Below, one piece after another: positions 36,646-44,356 of a stretch of 51,917 nt of DNA (within the stretch, counting starts at the first letter, position 1; each line of letters begins with the position of its first letter). The DNA comes from a virus (lineage: Duplodnaviria; Heunggongvirae; Uroviricota; Caudoviricetes): positions 65,670 through 117,586 of the IMG/VR virus record IMGVR_UViG_3300044950_000141, one strand, 5' to 3'. The notes under the pieces are model-generated. The model was not told where the DNA came from. It did not search any database and was given only the letters and a program-made list of their open reading frames with translations. The translations under genes were made by a program, and so were the position numbers.

Positions 36646-37251
36646 ATGAACGTTGATAAATTAAAAGGGCACATTCCTGATGGGGTGATTGCTCAAATCC
36701 CTAGTGTAGTAGATAAGTTTGAGATCAATACACCTTTACGTTTAGCCCATTTTCTAGCACAAACAGGACATGAATCTGGCGGATTCAAAGCTGTTACAGA
36801 AAACTTAAACTATGGAGCTGCAGGTCTTTCAAGTATCTTTAAGAAATACTTTACACCTGAAAGTGCTAAAGAGTATGAACGCAAACCTGAAAAAATAGCA
36901 AATATAGTATATGCAAACAGAATGGGGAATGGTAACCAGGCTTCTGGTGAAGGTTATAAATTTCGTGGAAGGGGTTTTATCCAACTAACAGGAAAGGATA
37001 ACTACGCTGCTTTTGACAAGACAGTTGATGATGATATCATAGCTAACCCAGATCTTGTAGCTACAAAGTACCCACTTTTATCTGCAGCTTGGTTCTTCCA
37101 TAAGAATGGATTACACAAGATTGCTGACGAGGGGGCTACAGATGCAGTGGTAACCAAGGTAACCAAGCGTGTTAATGGTGGAACAATTGGTCTACCAGAT
37201 CGTATTAAACACTTTAATGAATACAATAATCTTTTAAATGGTAGTATATAA
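36646..37251 (+). CDS. Glycoside hydrolase family 19 endolysin
   Basis: AHFLAQTGHESGGF, ENLNY and YKFRGRGFIQLTGKDNY. Confidence 0.9.
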   Translation: MNVDKLKGHIPDGVIAQIPSVVDKFEINTPLRLAHFLAQTGHESGGFKAVTENLNYGAAGLSSIFKKYFTPESAKEYERKPEKIANIVYANRMGNGNQASGEGYKFRGRGFIQLTGKDNYAAFDKTVDDDIIANPDLVATKYPLLSAAWFFHKNGLHKIADEGATDAVVTKVTKRVNGGTIGLPDRIKHFNEYNNLLNGSI

Positions 37252-37553
37252 TGGCAGCGAAAAAAGAAACAAATATATCAGCAAACCCTTTACCTATATC
37301 GTTTAAGGAGTTTGCTAAAAACCCAATAGTGGGCACCCTTTTCTTGGTGCTCATTGCTATTTCATACCTATACGTAGATGTTCGTACAACATTTAAAGAG
37401 CAGGCAACTTCTCAAAACGTACGTATAGATAAGGTAGAAACTAGATTAGATAAGGTACAGGAAGCTTTGAGAGTTAGCGATAGCACTAAAGCTGTGACTA
37501 CCACTCAGTTACAAACATTACAACAATTAGGGGCCATAAAAAAGTTACACTAA
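37251..37553 (+). CDS. Single-TM coiled-coil protein (i-spanin-like)
   Basis: One TM helix followed by heptad repeats. Follows the endolysin. Confidence 0.5.
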   Translation: MAAKKETNISANPLPISFKEFAKNPIVGTLFLVLIAISYLYVDVRTTFKEQATSQNVRIDKVETRLDKVQEALRVSDSTKAVTTTQLQTLQQLGAIKKLH

Positions 37554-37882
37554 TGAGAACATTAGCATTTTTAATATTAATAAGTCTATATGGATGTCAA
37601 TATACCACAGCTCAGCACGTTGATGAAACAGTTAAAGAAGATAAAGAGTTTGAACTTCTACTTAACAAAGTTTCAGAAAATAATAAAAATAGTGCAGCTA
37701 TACAAGAAGGTGCTACCAAAGCCCAAACAAAAATAGTAAACCAAGCTGTTAACCAAATTGTATCGTTAAAAGCAGAAGTTAGTTCATTAAAATCTGAATT
37801 AAATGATGTTAAAAGTAAACTTGATAGTAATCTTACTGACACTGGTGTCAAATTTAAGTTATTGCCAGTATCCAATCGTTAA
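37553..37882 (+). CDS. Lipoprotein with coiled coil (o-spanin-like)
   Basis: Signal peptide ending in the lipobox-like LYGC. Confidence 0.55.
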   Translation: MRTLAFLILISLYGCQYTTAQHVDETVKEDKEFELLLNKVSENNKNSAAIQEGATKAQTKIVNQAVNQIVSLKAEVSSLKSELNDVKSKLDSNLTDTGVKFKLLPVSNR

Positions 37883-38192
37883 GAAAATAGGCAATGACTC
37901 TGTTGTAATAATGACCTTAAAACAGGCAACAACTATAAATAGTACGTTTCAATCTAATCAAAATACAATTGATTCGTTGAAAACACATGTCTATATAAAA
38001 GATAGCATTATAAATAATAAAAAAACAACATATGATAGCTTATACAAAATTACAGATCAGTATAAGATAAGATATGATGAAAGACTAAACATGCGTATTC
38101 CTGTTCCTAAAGATAATAGTGGATGGGACTTTGCTCAAAAAATGGTATTGATTTTTGTTATAATATTACAATTCTCCACTATAAAACAATAA
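37803..38192 (+). CDS. Membrane/secreted protein of the lysis region
   Basis: N-terminal signal-like segment and a C-terminal hydrophobic helix. Overlaps the previous gene in another frame. Confidence 0.5.
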   Translation: MMLKVNLIVILLTLVSNLSYCQYPIVKKIGNDSVVIMTLKQATTINSTFQSNQNTIDSLKTHVYIKDSIINNKKTTYDSLYKITDQYKIRYDERLNMRIPVPKDNSGWDFAQKMVLIFVIILQFSTIKQ

Positions 38193-38193
38193 A

Positions 38194-38316
38194 ATGGCAA
38201 AAGCAGTAGGTAACTCAAGAAAAATCTCCTTTGGAAAACGTAAAAGAGGCAAAGCTTCTAAGTTTAAAGGTCCTAAGGACAAGGCTACTAAGCCTTACAA
38301 CAGGCAGGGTAAGTAA
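38194..38316 (+). CDS. Small basic protein, 40 aa (not in ORF track)
   Basis: Hand translation MAKAVGNSRKISFGKRKRGKASKFKGPKDKATKPYNRQGK, with aaaATGG start context. Confidence 0.7.
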   Translation: MAKAVGNSRKISFGKRKRGKASKFKGPKDKATKPYNRQGK

Positions 38317-38375
38317 TAACTAAAAAAGTTAAAACACATATAACTAAAATTGTTATTGTAAATTATTGACACTCA

Positions 38376-38405
38376 TTGTTAATATTAAAAAGTAACATAT
38401 CTTTG
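38376..38405 (+). promoter_or_regulatory. Promoter of the poly-Thr / glycosyltransferase operon
   Basis: TTG (38376-78) N19 TATCTTTG (38398-405). Confidence 0.7.
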
Positions 38406-38424
38406 AACATTAATTTTTTATATC

Positions 38425-38595
38425 ATGGCAATACCATCAAGACAGATAGGTTGGAGTACAACAGATAACTTGCTTTGGCAGATATCTAAGCAATTAGAAT
38501 ATTTGACACAAGTAACAGCTAATTGTTGTCCTACAACAACTACCACAACTACAGTAGCACCAACAACTACTACTACGACTACACCTGCTCCTTAA
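38425..38595 (+). CDS. Small protein with CC motif and poly-Thr tail, 56 aa (not in ORF track)
   Basis: Hand translation MAIPSRQIGWSTTDNLLWQISKQLEYLTQVTANCCPTTTTTTTVAPTTTTTTTPAP. First gene after the promoter. Confidence 0.8.
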   Translation: MAIPSRQIGWSTTDNLLWQISKQLEYLTQVTANCCPTTTTTTTVAPTTTTTTTPAP

Positions 38596-38621
38596 TAAAG
38601 AGAAACCAACAAACTACATAT

Positions 38622-39638
38622 ATGAAGGATCTTAAATTTATCTGTGCACAGCCAGATGATGTATACTACACATGGCAGGTACATCTATGGTTGGAAAGTT
38701 TAAAGAAGCTTGGGCACTCAGACAAAGCAATTGTTTTAGTGTACACACCTAGTTTCAGAGAATATAATGGTAAATGGGAGAAGATAATGGAGCTGTATCC
38801 AGAAGCACAATTTGCTTTCTACAAGGATACAGGAGATGTTAGTCAGTATTTAGGAGTATATATTCCTATTCTACGTCCTTATTGCTTAATGAGATATTTC
38901 CAGGACAATCCTGAGATGGTATCCAAAGCAGTTTTTTATTGTGATTGTGATGTAATCTTCACAGAAAAGTTTGATATAGATAAATTTAAAGATGATGATA
39001 TAAACTACTTGTCTGATACAAACAGTTATATCAACGCTTCATATTTTGATAGTAAAGACAGAGATGTTCTACCAGACAAACTGGAAGAGTATAAGACTAG
39101 AGATGTCTTAGCTGAGCTTACAAGCTTAGTGGGTATAACAAGAGAGATAGCTGAAGCTAACAATGATCATTCAGGAGGAGCTCAATACTTCCTTAAAAAT
39201 ATAGACAGTGAGTTTTGGAAGAAGGTGATGAATGACTGTATATTAATACGTGTCTACCTTCAGAATATAAACAAACAGTTCTTCAAAAATGAAGACAAAG
39301 GGTTCCAAAGCTGGTGTGCAGATATGTGGGCTGTGCTATGGAACGTTTGGCTTAGAGAGAAAGAAACAAAGAACATTCCTGAATTGGAATTCTGTTGGTC
39401 TTCAGATCCTATAGAGAAGCTAGATAGAACAACATTGTTACATAATGCAGGGATTACAGGACAGAACACAATGGGTTATCCTGCCTTTTATAAAGGAGCA
39501 TATCACGCTGGTAAAGATCCTTTTAAAGATACACAACTATATGTAGTACGCACTGATGAGAAGTCTAAGAAATATGCAACTCATTACTATGTAAAACAAC
39601 TATTAGAAATAAAAAACAAATATAATATAAATTATTAA
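38622..39638 (+). CDS. GT-A glycosyltransferase resembling peptidyl-Hyp/Ser O-glycosyltransferases (HPAT GT95 / SERGT1 GT96-like)
   Basis: DDVYYTWQVHLW, YIPILRPYCLMRYF and DxD motif DCD (38943-38951). The start is reassigned from 38523 to 38622. Confidence 0.6.
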   Translation: MKDLKFICAQPDDVYYTWQVHLWLESLKKLGHSDKAIVLVYTPSFREYNGKWEKIMELYPEAQFAFYKDTGDVSQYLGVYIPILRPYCLMRYFQDNPEMVSKAVFYCDCDVIFTEKFDIDKFKDDDINYLSDTNSYINASYFDSKDRDVLPDKLEEYKTRDVLAELTSLVGITREIAEANNDHSGGAQYFLKNIDSEFWKKVMNDCILIRVYLQNINKQFFKNEDKGFQSWCADMWAVLWNVWLREKETKNIPELEFCWSSDPIEKLDRTTLLHNAGITGQNTMGYPAFYKGAYHAGKDPFKDTQLYVVRTDEKSKKYATHYYVKQLLEIKNKYNINY

Positions 39639-39640
39639 TT

Positions 39641-39928
39641 ATGGCCCAGAATACTAATCGCCCTCTCAAAGCTTATGTACGCTTTGATGGTACTGGAAGA
39701 ATCGTTCCAAGCAGCCTAATCTTAAGAAGAAAGAAACCCAAGGTTGGTAAGTGGGTAGAGATCCCAGCTTATGAATGTTGCAATTACGTTCCTACAACAA
39801 CTACTACAACCAGTAGTACAAGCACTAGCACAACTACTAGTACATCTACTAGCACAAGTACAAGTACAACAACAACTACTACGACTGCTACTCCAACAAC
39901 AACAACAACAACAACTCCTGCACCTTAA
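39641..39928 (+). CDS. Small protein with ECC motif and long poly-Thr/Ser tail
   Basis: N-terminal ~50 aa domain paralogous to the next gene, then a ~45-residue T/S tail ending PAP. Confidence 0.85.
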   Translation: MAQNTNRPLKAYVRFDGTGRIVPSSLILRRKKPKVGKWVEIPAYECCNYVPTTTTTTSSTSTSTTTSTSTSTSTSTTTTTTTATPTTTTTTTPAP

Positions 39929-39940
39929 AATTAAATAAAC

Positions 39941-40747
39941 ATGGCAAATAGCAACAATAGATTAAAAGCATATGTACGTTACGATGGTACAGGACGTGTC
40001 ATAGCAGGTAGCTTGATCTTACAAAGATTCAAACCACAAGTGGGTAATTGGGTGGAGATAGATGCAAATGAGTGTTGTAATTATGTTCCAACAACCACTA
40101 CAACTACGTCTTCTACTAGTACTAGTACAAGCACTTCTACAAGCACTTCTACAAGTACTACAACAAGTACATCTACTTCTACAAGTACAAGCACTTCTAC
40201 AAGTACAACAACAACAACAACAACAGCTGCACCAGCAGAATGTCCTGAAGATTATACAATTGGTCAAGCTGCATTAGGTGGTAAAATTGCATACATCCTA
40301 CAATCAGGTGACCCAGGATATGATTCAAATTTACAACAAGGATTAGTAGCTACAATAGCAGATATTTCAACAGGTGCACAGTGGGGATGTTTTGGAACAG
40401 CAATTGCAGGAGCAGATGGTACAGCTATTGGTACTGGTAATCAAAATACTATAGATATTATGGCTGGTTGTGCTACAGCAGGTATTGCAGCTAGACTTTG
40501 TGGTGATTTAGTTCAGGGAGGATATTCTGATTGGTATTTACCTAGTCAAGATGAATTAAATAAATTATACCTAAATAGAGTAGCTATTGGTGGTTTTACG
40601 AATAACGGCTATTGGAGTTCTACGGAGTACGCCACCATCTTCGCGTGGGACCAGAATTTCCTCACTGGCAGTCAGGACGGCAGCGATAAGACCTTCCCAA
40701 ACTATGTTCGCGCCATTAGGGCTTTTGCATGTACAATTCCTAGATAA
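39941..40747 (+). CDS. Anchor domain + poly-Thr/Ser stalk + DUF1566 (Lcl/C-type-lectin-fold) domain; putative DGR target
   Basis: GYSDWYLPSQDELNKLY..YWSSTE..AW..NF..YVRAIRAF is the DUF1566/CLec pattern. Confidence 0.8.
   Translation: MANSNNRLKAYVRYDGTGRVIAGSLILQRFKPQVGNWVEIDANECCNYVPTTTTTTSSTSTSTSTSTSTSTSTTTSTSTSTSTSTSTSTTTTTTTAAPAECPEDYTIGQAALGGKIAYILQSGDPGYDSNLQQGLVATIADISTGAQWGCFGTAIAGADGTAIGTGNQNTIDIMAGCATAGIAARLCGDLVQGGYSDWYLPSQDELNKLYLNRVAIGGFTNNGYWSSTEYATIFAWDQNFLTGSQDGSDKTFPNYVRAIRAFACTIPR
40598..40726 (+). other. Putative diversity-generating retroelement variable region (VR)
   Basis: About 52% GC with 10 CpG in 129 nt (hand count) in an AT-rich, CpG-poor genome. NNC/NNT codons occur at the positions that are AAY in canonical TRs. 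Confidence 0.7.
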
Positions 40748-40762
40748 TAAAACTAAAACAGC

Positions 40763-41167
40763 ATGGCAAAATCATTATTCCCTGATGAGATGATGAAATC
40801 AGGAGAATTAAACTTGGAAACAATAGCTGGGAAGCTTACATATTTCCATGAGCAACTACATCTATTGCATTGGCAGACAACTAGTTATGCACAGCACAAG
40901 GCTCTTGGAAAGTTATATGAATATGTACAAGATTTTAAAGATGGTGTTGTTGAGAAGCTTATGGGTTATACAGGTAAACGTCCTGGTGCAATTAAACTAG
41001 AACAATTAACAGCTACAGATCCTAATGCAGTTGTCACAGCACTAATGGACTTCTCTAGTAACTTAAAAGCATATGGTGAGACTAATAAATTTCATGATAT
41101 AGCTAATTTAGCTGATGCCTTAAGTGGTGAAGCTGCAAAAACTAAATACTTATTAACCTTGTCTTAA
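40763..41167 (+). CDS. Ferritin/Dps-like four-helix protein (DUF5856-like)
   Basis: HEQLHLLHWQTTSYAQHKALGKLYE..D..VEKLMG. Confidence 0.8.
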   Translation: MAKSLFPDEMMKSGELNLETIAGKLTYFHEQLHLLHWQTTSYAQHKALGKLYEYVQDFKDGVVEKLMGYTGKRPGAIKLEQLTATDPNAVVTALMDFSSNLKAYGETNKFHDIANLADALSGEAAKTKYLLTLS

Positions 41168-41457
41168 TGCAAATTAACAAGAAATTCTTTCCTGAGGTGA
41201 TGCAAGATAATGAACTTGCTTATTTTGCTCACCTTGAAGGAATTATATCATCAGTTGATGAACTTTCTACGTTAGAGGTCACTAAGAACCCTCTATCGTA
41301 TCACTTTAGATTAGCTCCATCATTGCCTATGTATAATGAGATGTTGTTACAGGAGATATTAAAACTACACAACCTGTTCAAGATTAAGCTAAACTTAAGT
41401 AAAAGTATTAAGAGTTCTGCAACTATAACATTTGAAATAAATTTGGAGGATACGTAA
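41167..41457 (+). CDS. Hypothetical protein
   Basis: 96 aa, coupled to the previous gene through TAATG. Confidence 0.7.
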   Translation: MQINKKFFPEVMQDNELAYFAHLEGIISSVDELSTLEVTKNPLSYHFRLAPSLPMYNEMLLQEILKLHNLFKIKLNLSKSIKSSATITFEINLEDT

Positions 41458-41473
41458 AACATACATATCTTCG
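41442..41473 (+). promoter_or_regulatory. Candidate promoter upstream of the basic-protein array
   Basis: TTTG (41442-45) N20 TATCTTCG (41466-73), one mismatch to consensus. Confidence 0.55.
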
Positions 41474-41497
41474 TGACTAAACCAAAAATATAATTAT

Positions 41498-41770
41498 ATG
41501 GCAGAGATTATCAATTTCGAAGACGTTGCTAACCAAGCATCTCAAGGTCCTAAGTTTGATCCAAAAAAGAAGTACACATGGTCTCCAGAGACAGTGTTTA
41601 CAATTAATGGTCATGAATTTGGACTGTTATTGAACACATTACGTTCTATTACAAGCACAAAGGAAGCACAGACTATTATCCTAGCACATGAAGCTGGTGA
41701 TGCTCTTGAAAAGACATTATCAAGTGCAGTTGAAACAGGTATAGTGGTTGAACTTCCAGAAAACAAATAA
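41498..41770 (+). CDS. Hypothetical protein
   Basis: 90 aa with an A/T-rich start context. Confidence 0.7.
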   Translation: MAEIINFEDVANQASQGPKFDPKKKYTWSPETVFTINGHEFGLLLNTLRSITSTKEAQTIILAHEAGDALEKTLSSAVETGIVVELPENK

Positions 41771-41774
41771 GATT

Positions 41775-42140
41775 ATGGCAACAATTAAAAAAGCTCAATC
41801 TGGTATTACAAAAAGAGGAATGGCAGGTATGAAAAAACTTCCTTCTCTTAATCCTAAAATGGTTCCAGGTGAAATGACTGGTAAAATGTACAAGAAGTCT
41901 GAACTTGATGAGATTGGTAGAAAACAAGCTGCAGAATTAGATAAAGTTTCTATGCTTGGTAAAGCTGCTATGGCTAAGAAGAAGGCTCCTAAAGCTAAGA
42001 ATGGTATGTTAAAGCGTGCTGATGGTTCATATTCTAAAAGAGGATTATGGGATAATATCAGGAATGCTAAAGGATCTGGAAAGAAGCCTACAGCTGCCAT
42101 GTTAAAACAAGAGAAGAAAATTAAAGCTAAAACAAAATAA
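41775..42140 (+). CDS. Lys/Met-rich basic protein
   Basis: KKAQSG and KAKNG motifs; C-terminal KRGLWDNIRNAKGSGKKPT. Start reassigned to 41775. Confidence 0.75.
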   Translation: MATIKKAQSGITKRGMAGMKKLPSLNPKMVPGEMTGKMYKKSELDEIGRKQAAELDKVSMLGKAAMAKKKAPKAKNGMLKRADGSYSKRGLWDNIRNAKGSGKKPTAAMLKQEKKIKAKTK

Positions 42141-42142
42141 TA

Positions 42143-42487
42143 ATGGCAAAGATTAAAAAATCTGGTATGGGTAGCATGTCAGGCTTAGATGCTTCTGATA
42201 AGCGTGTAGGTCCTATTGACCCACAAGGTGCTTGGACTAAAGTTCAAGAGGCTACTTTAGCAGGTGCTAGAATGAAAGCTACTTTAAAGAGAGATAAAGA
42301 ACTAGGTGCTACTAAGATGGCAAAGAATGGACGTTCTGAAATGCAATTTGGTCTTAACAAGAAACAAAAAGCATCAAAAGAAGTTAATCCAGCAGGTTTT
42401 AGAAAAGCAGCATTAAAGCGTGAATCTGAACTAGTTGAGAAGCGTAGTGGTGAAATGGCTCCTAAGTTGAAATCTAAAAAGAAGTAA
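42143..42487 (+). CDS. Lys-rich basic protein
   Basis: 114 aa with a KMAKNG motif. Confidence 0.75.
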   Translation: MAKIKKSGMGSMSGLDASDKRVGPIDPQGAWTKVQEATLAGARMKATLKRDKELGATKMAKNGRSEMQFGLNKKQKASKEVNPAGFRKAALKRESELVEKRSGEMAPKLKSKKK

Positions 42488-42490
42488 GAT

Positions 42491-42643
42491 ATGGCAACAG
42501 CTAAAAAGAATTGGATACAAGATGCTGTTAACCCTAAGCATAAAGGTTATTGCACTCCTATGACCAAAGCTACATGTACTCCTAAGCGTAAAGCTTTAGC
42601 TAAGACATTCAAAGCAATGGGTAGAGCTAGAAAAGGAAAATAA
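42491..42643 (+). CDS. Small basic protein, 50 aa (not in ORF track)
   Basis: Hand translation MATAKKNWIQDAVNPKHKGYCTPMTKATCTPKRKALAKTFKAMGRARKGK fills the gap exactly. Confidence 0.75.
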   Translation: MATAKKNWIQDAVNPKHKGYCTPMTKATCTPKRKALAKTFKAMGRARKGK

Positions 42644-42644
42644 T

Positions 42645-43082
42645 ATGGCTAAGATACCTAAGACAAAAGTATATAATCCACAGAAGGCTGAAGCCTATGT
42701 AGGTAAAGATGTTCTCAGAAATGGAGATACATTAAGTCCTATCAAAGGATCTATAACACCTGTTCCTAATGGTCATCTAATTAAAAAAGATGGTACATCG
42801 TTAAAGAATGGTGGTAAAACACCAGCCTGGACTCGTTCTGAAGGGAAAGATCCAAAAGGTGGTCTTAATAGAAAAGGTGTAGCTTCTTATAGAAGAGCTA
42901 ATCCAGGATCTAAATTAAAGATGGCTGTTACAACCAAACCTTCTAAACTTAAAGCTGGTTCTAAAGCAGCAGGTAGACGTAAGTCTTTTTGTGCTCGTAT
43001 GTCAGGAGTCAAGGGTCCTGCAAAGAAACCTAATGGTGAACCAACAAGAAAAACGTTAGCATTAAGAAAATGGAATTGTTAA
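42645..43082 (+). CDS. Basic protein with DUF6321-like C-terminal domain
   Basis: AWTRSEGKDPKGGLNRKG..RRKSFCARM..LALRKWNC. Confidence 0.7.
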   Translation: MAKIPKTKVYNPQKAEAYVGKDVLRNGDTLSPIKGSITPVPNGHLIKKDGTSLKNGGKTPAWTRSEGKDPKGGLNRKGVASYRRANPGSKLKMAVTTKPSKLKAGSKAAGRRKSFCARMSGVKGPAKKPNGEPTRKTLALRKWNC

Positions 43083-43102
43083 AAAATTAAAATTATAATA
43101 AG

Positions 43103-43471
43103 ATGGCAAAGATGGTAAAAAAAGCTCAAGATGGTATGGAATCTCCTTTAAAATCAAGGATTGCACCAAAAGGACCAGCTTTAAGAGAAGGTCAAATAAA
43201 GCGTATGGATAGAATCTATAAATCTAATCCTGATAGAGCTATTAAAGTAGGTAAAAGAATGTTAAAAAGAGCTAATGCTAAAGCTGAACCTATTATGAAA
43301 AAAGGTGGTAAAGCTAAGAATGGTACATCATTTGGTATGTTATCAGTGAAAGCTGGTATTGACAAAAACCCAAAACCTACAGCAGCAGATAGAATTGCAG
43401 GTGCTAAGAAACAAGCTAAGTCTGGTACAAAAATGATGAAAAAAGGTGGCAAATGTAAAAATGGTTGCTAA
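43103..43471 (+). CDS. Lys-rich basic protein
   Basis: KKAQDG, MKKGG (twice), AKNG and AKSG motifs. Confidence 0.75.
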   Translation: MAKMVKKAQDGMESPLKSRIAPKGPALREGQIKRMDRIYKSNPDRAIKVGKRMLKRANAKAEPIMKKGGKAKNGTSFGMLSVKAGIDKNPKPTAADRIAGAKKQAKSGTKMMKKGGKCKNGC

Positions 43472-43677
43472 TGAAATCAGCTAAAGTAAGCAGCAAACAA
43501 GCAAAGTCAGTAAAGCCAATGACTGCAGGGAAAGCTAAAGGATCAGGTACACCAAGACCAGCTCCAAAGGTGGCTCCTCCTAAACCAGTCAATGGTAATT
43601 ATATGAAGGAAGCTGATACACCTCTTAGATTAAAAAGTAAGAATTGGCCTCTTAAACAAAAGAGGTTATCAAAATAA
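43471..43677 (+). CDS. Small Lys/Pro-rich basic protein
   Basis: TAATG coupling to the previous gene places the start at 43471. Confidence 0.7.
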   Translation: MKSAKVSSKQAKSVKPMTAGKAKGSGTPRPAPKVAPPKPVNGNYMKEADTPLRLKSKNWPLKQKRLSK

Positions 43678-43787
43678 CTGTCTTCTCCTGCATCCCTCGC
43701 TCTGCACGCTCAGGTTGTGGTAACTCAGTCTAGAATGAGCCCCTTAAAGAAGAATTTTCCCCCCTATAGTCTCAGTATTATAGGTCT

Positions 43788-43821
43788 AAAAAAGCCTCCC
43801 TTAAAAAAGGAGGCTTTTTTT
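43788..43821. terminator. Bidirectional intrinsic terminator at the convergence of the two genome arms
   Basis: A6-GCCTCC-loop-GGAGGC-T7. Confidence 0.9.
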
Positions 43822-44356
43822 ATGATACTAATGAATTGTATACAGATAGTATCTTGTTTATGTAATGTTTATTCTTTGCTTTTTTATAACAGTTCTCAGC
43901 AAATACACCATCAGCATCTCTCCTTGATAGAACAAATCTTTCTTGATTCACTATAGATGTATGTACAATGAAGTTATGGCTATCTACATAGCTTAACTTA
44001 ATTATGTTTCCATACAATCTATGTACACCACTGTTCCACAGTTGATCAAATGATATAAAATCATTGTTTAAGTCTTTGATATTGTCCCACAACTCTGGAT
44101 GCATAGTTGTATCATCATCGTTGAAATATATCCAACCCTCTGTTACTAGATTAATTGCTAGGTTTCTTTGTGCATTTCCACATACGCTTTTTACATCCTT
44201 TATACAATAAGCTTCACATTCAGGAATATCAGTTGGAATAGTCTCTGAATCAAACACAACAATCCATCTGTAATTTTCTTTAGGTATGTTAATGCTTTCT
44301 GCAATTCTATGTAAAAAATGAGGTCTACTACAAGGAGTGATAATATTTAAGAACAT
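43820..44356 (-). CDS. GT-A fold glycosyltransferase (family 2-like), short
   Basis: IITPCSR, GNAQRNLAIN and YFNDDD. Confidence 0.75.
   Translation of the reverse strand: MFLNIITPCSRPHFLHRIAESINIPKENYRWIVVFDSETIPTDIPECEAYCIKDVKSVCGNAQRNLAINLVTEGWIYFNDDDTTMHPELWDNIKDLNNDFISFDQLWNSGVHRLYGNIIKLSYVDSHNFIVHTSIVNQERFVLSRRDADGVFAENCYKKAKNKHYINKILSVYNSLVS

Noticed and set aside
38523-38621. N-terminal extension of the glycosyltransferase given by the ORF track
   Set aside because: It is the out-of-frame reading of the poly-Thr gene 38425-38595. ATG 38622 has the proper context.
39781-40230. ACT/ACA/AGT tandem repeats as a CRISPR array or non-coding satellite
   Set aside because: There is no repeat-spacer structure. 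They are in-frame Thr/Ser codons.
43681-43753. HDV-like/theta ribozyme or tRNA (CCCTCGC loop resembles HDV L3)
   Set aside because: No upstream P1 partner for the post-P3 strand, and no T-loop or anticodon cloverleaf. Kept only as an unassigned structured element.
43717-43956. ORF crossing the central terminator
   Set aside because: It overlaps the bidirectional terminator and an antisense GT gene, and has no coding features.
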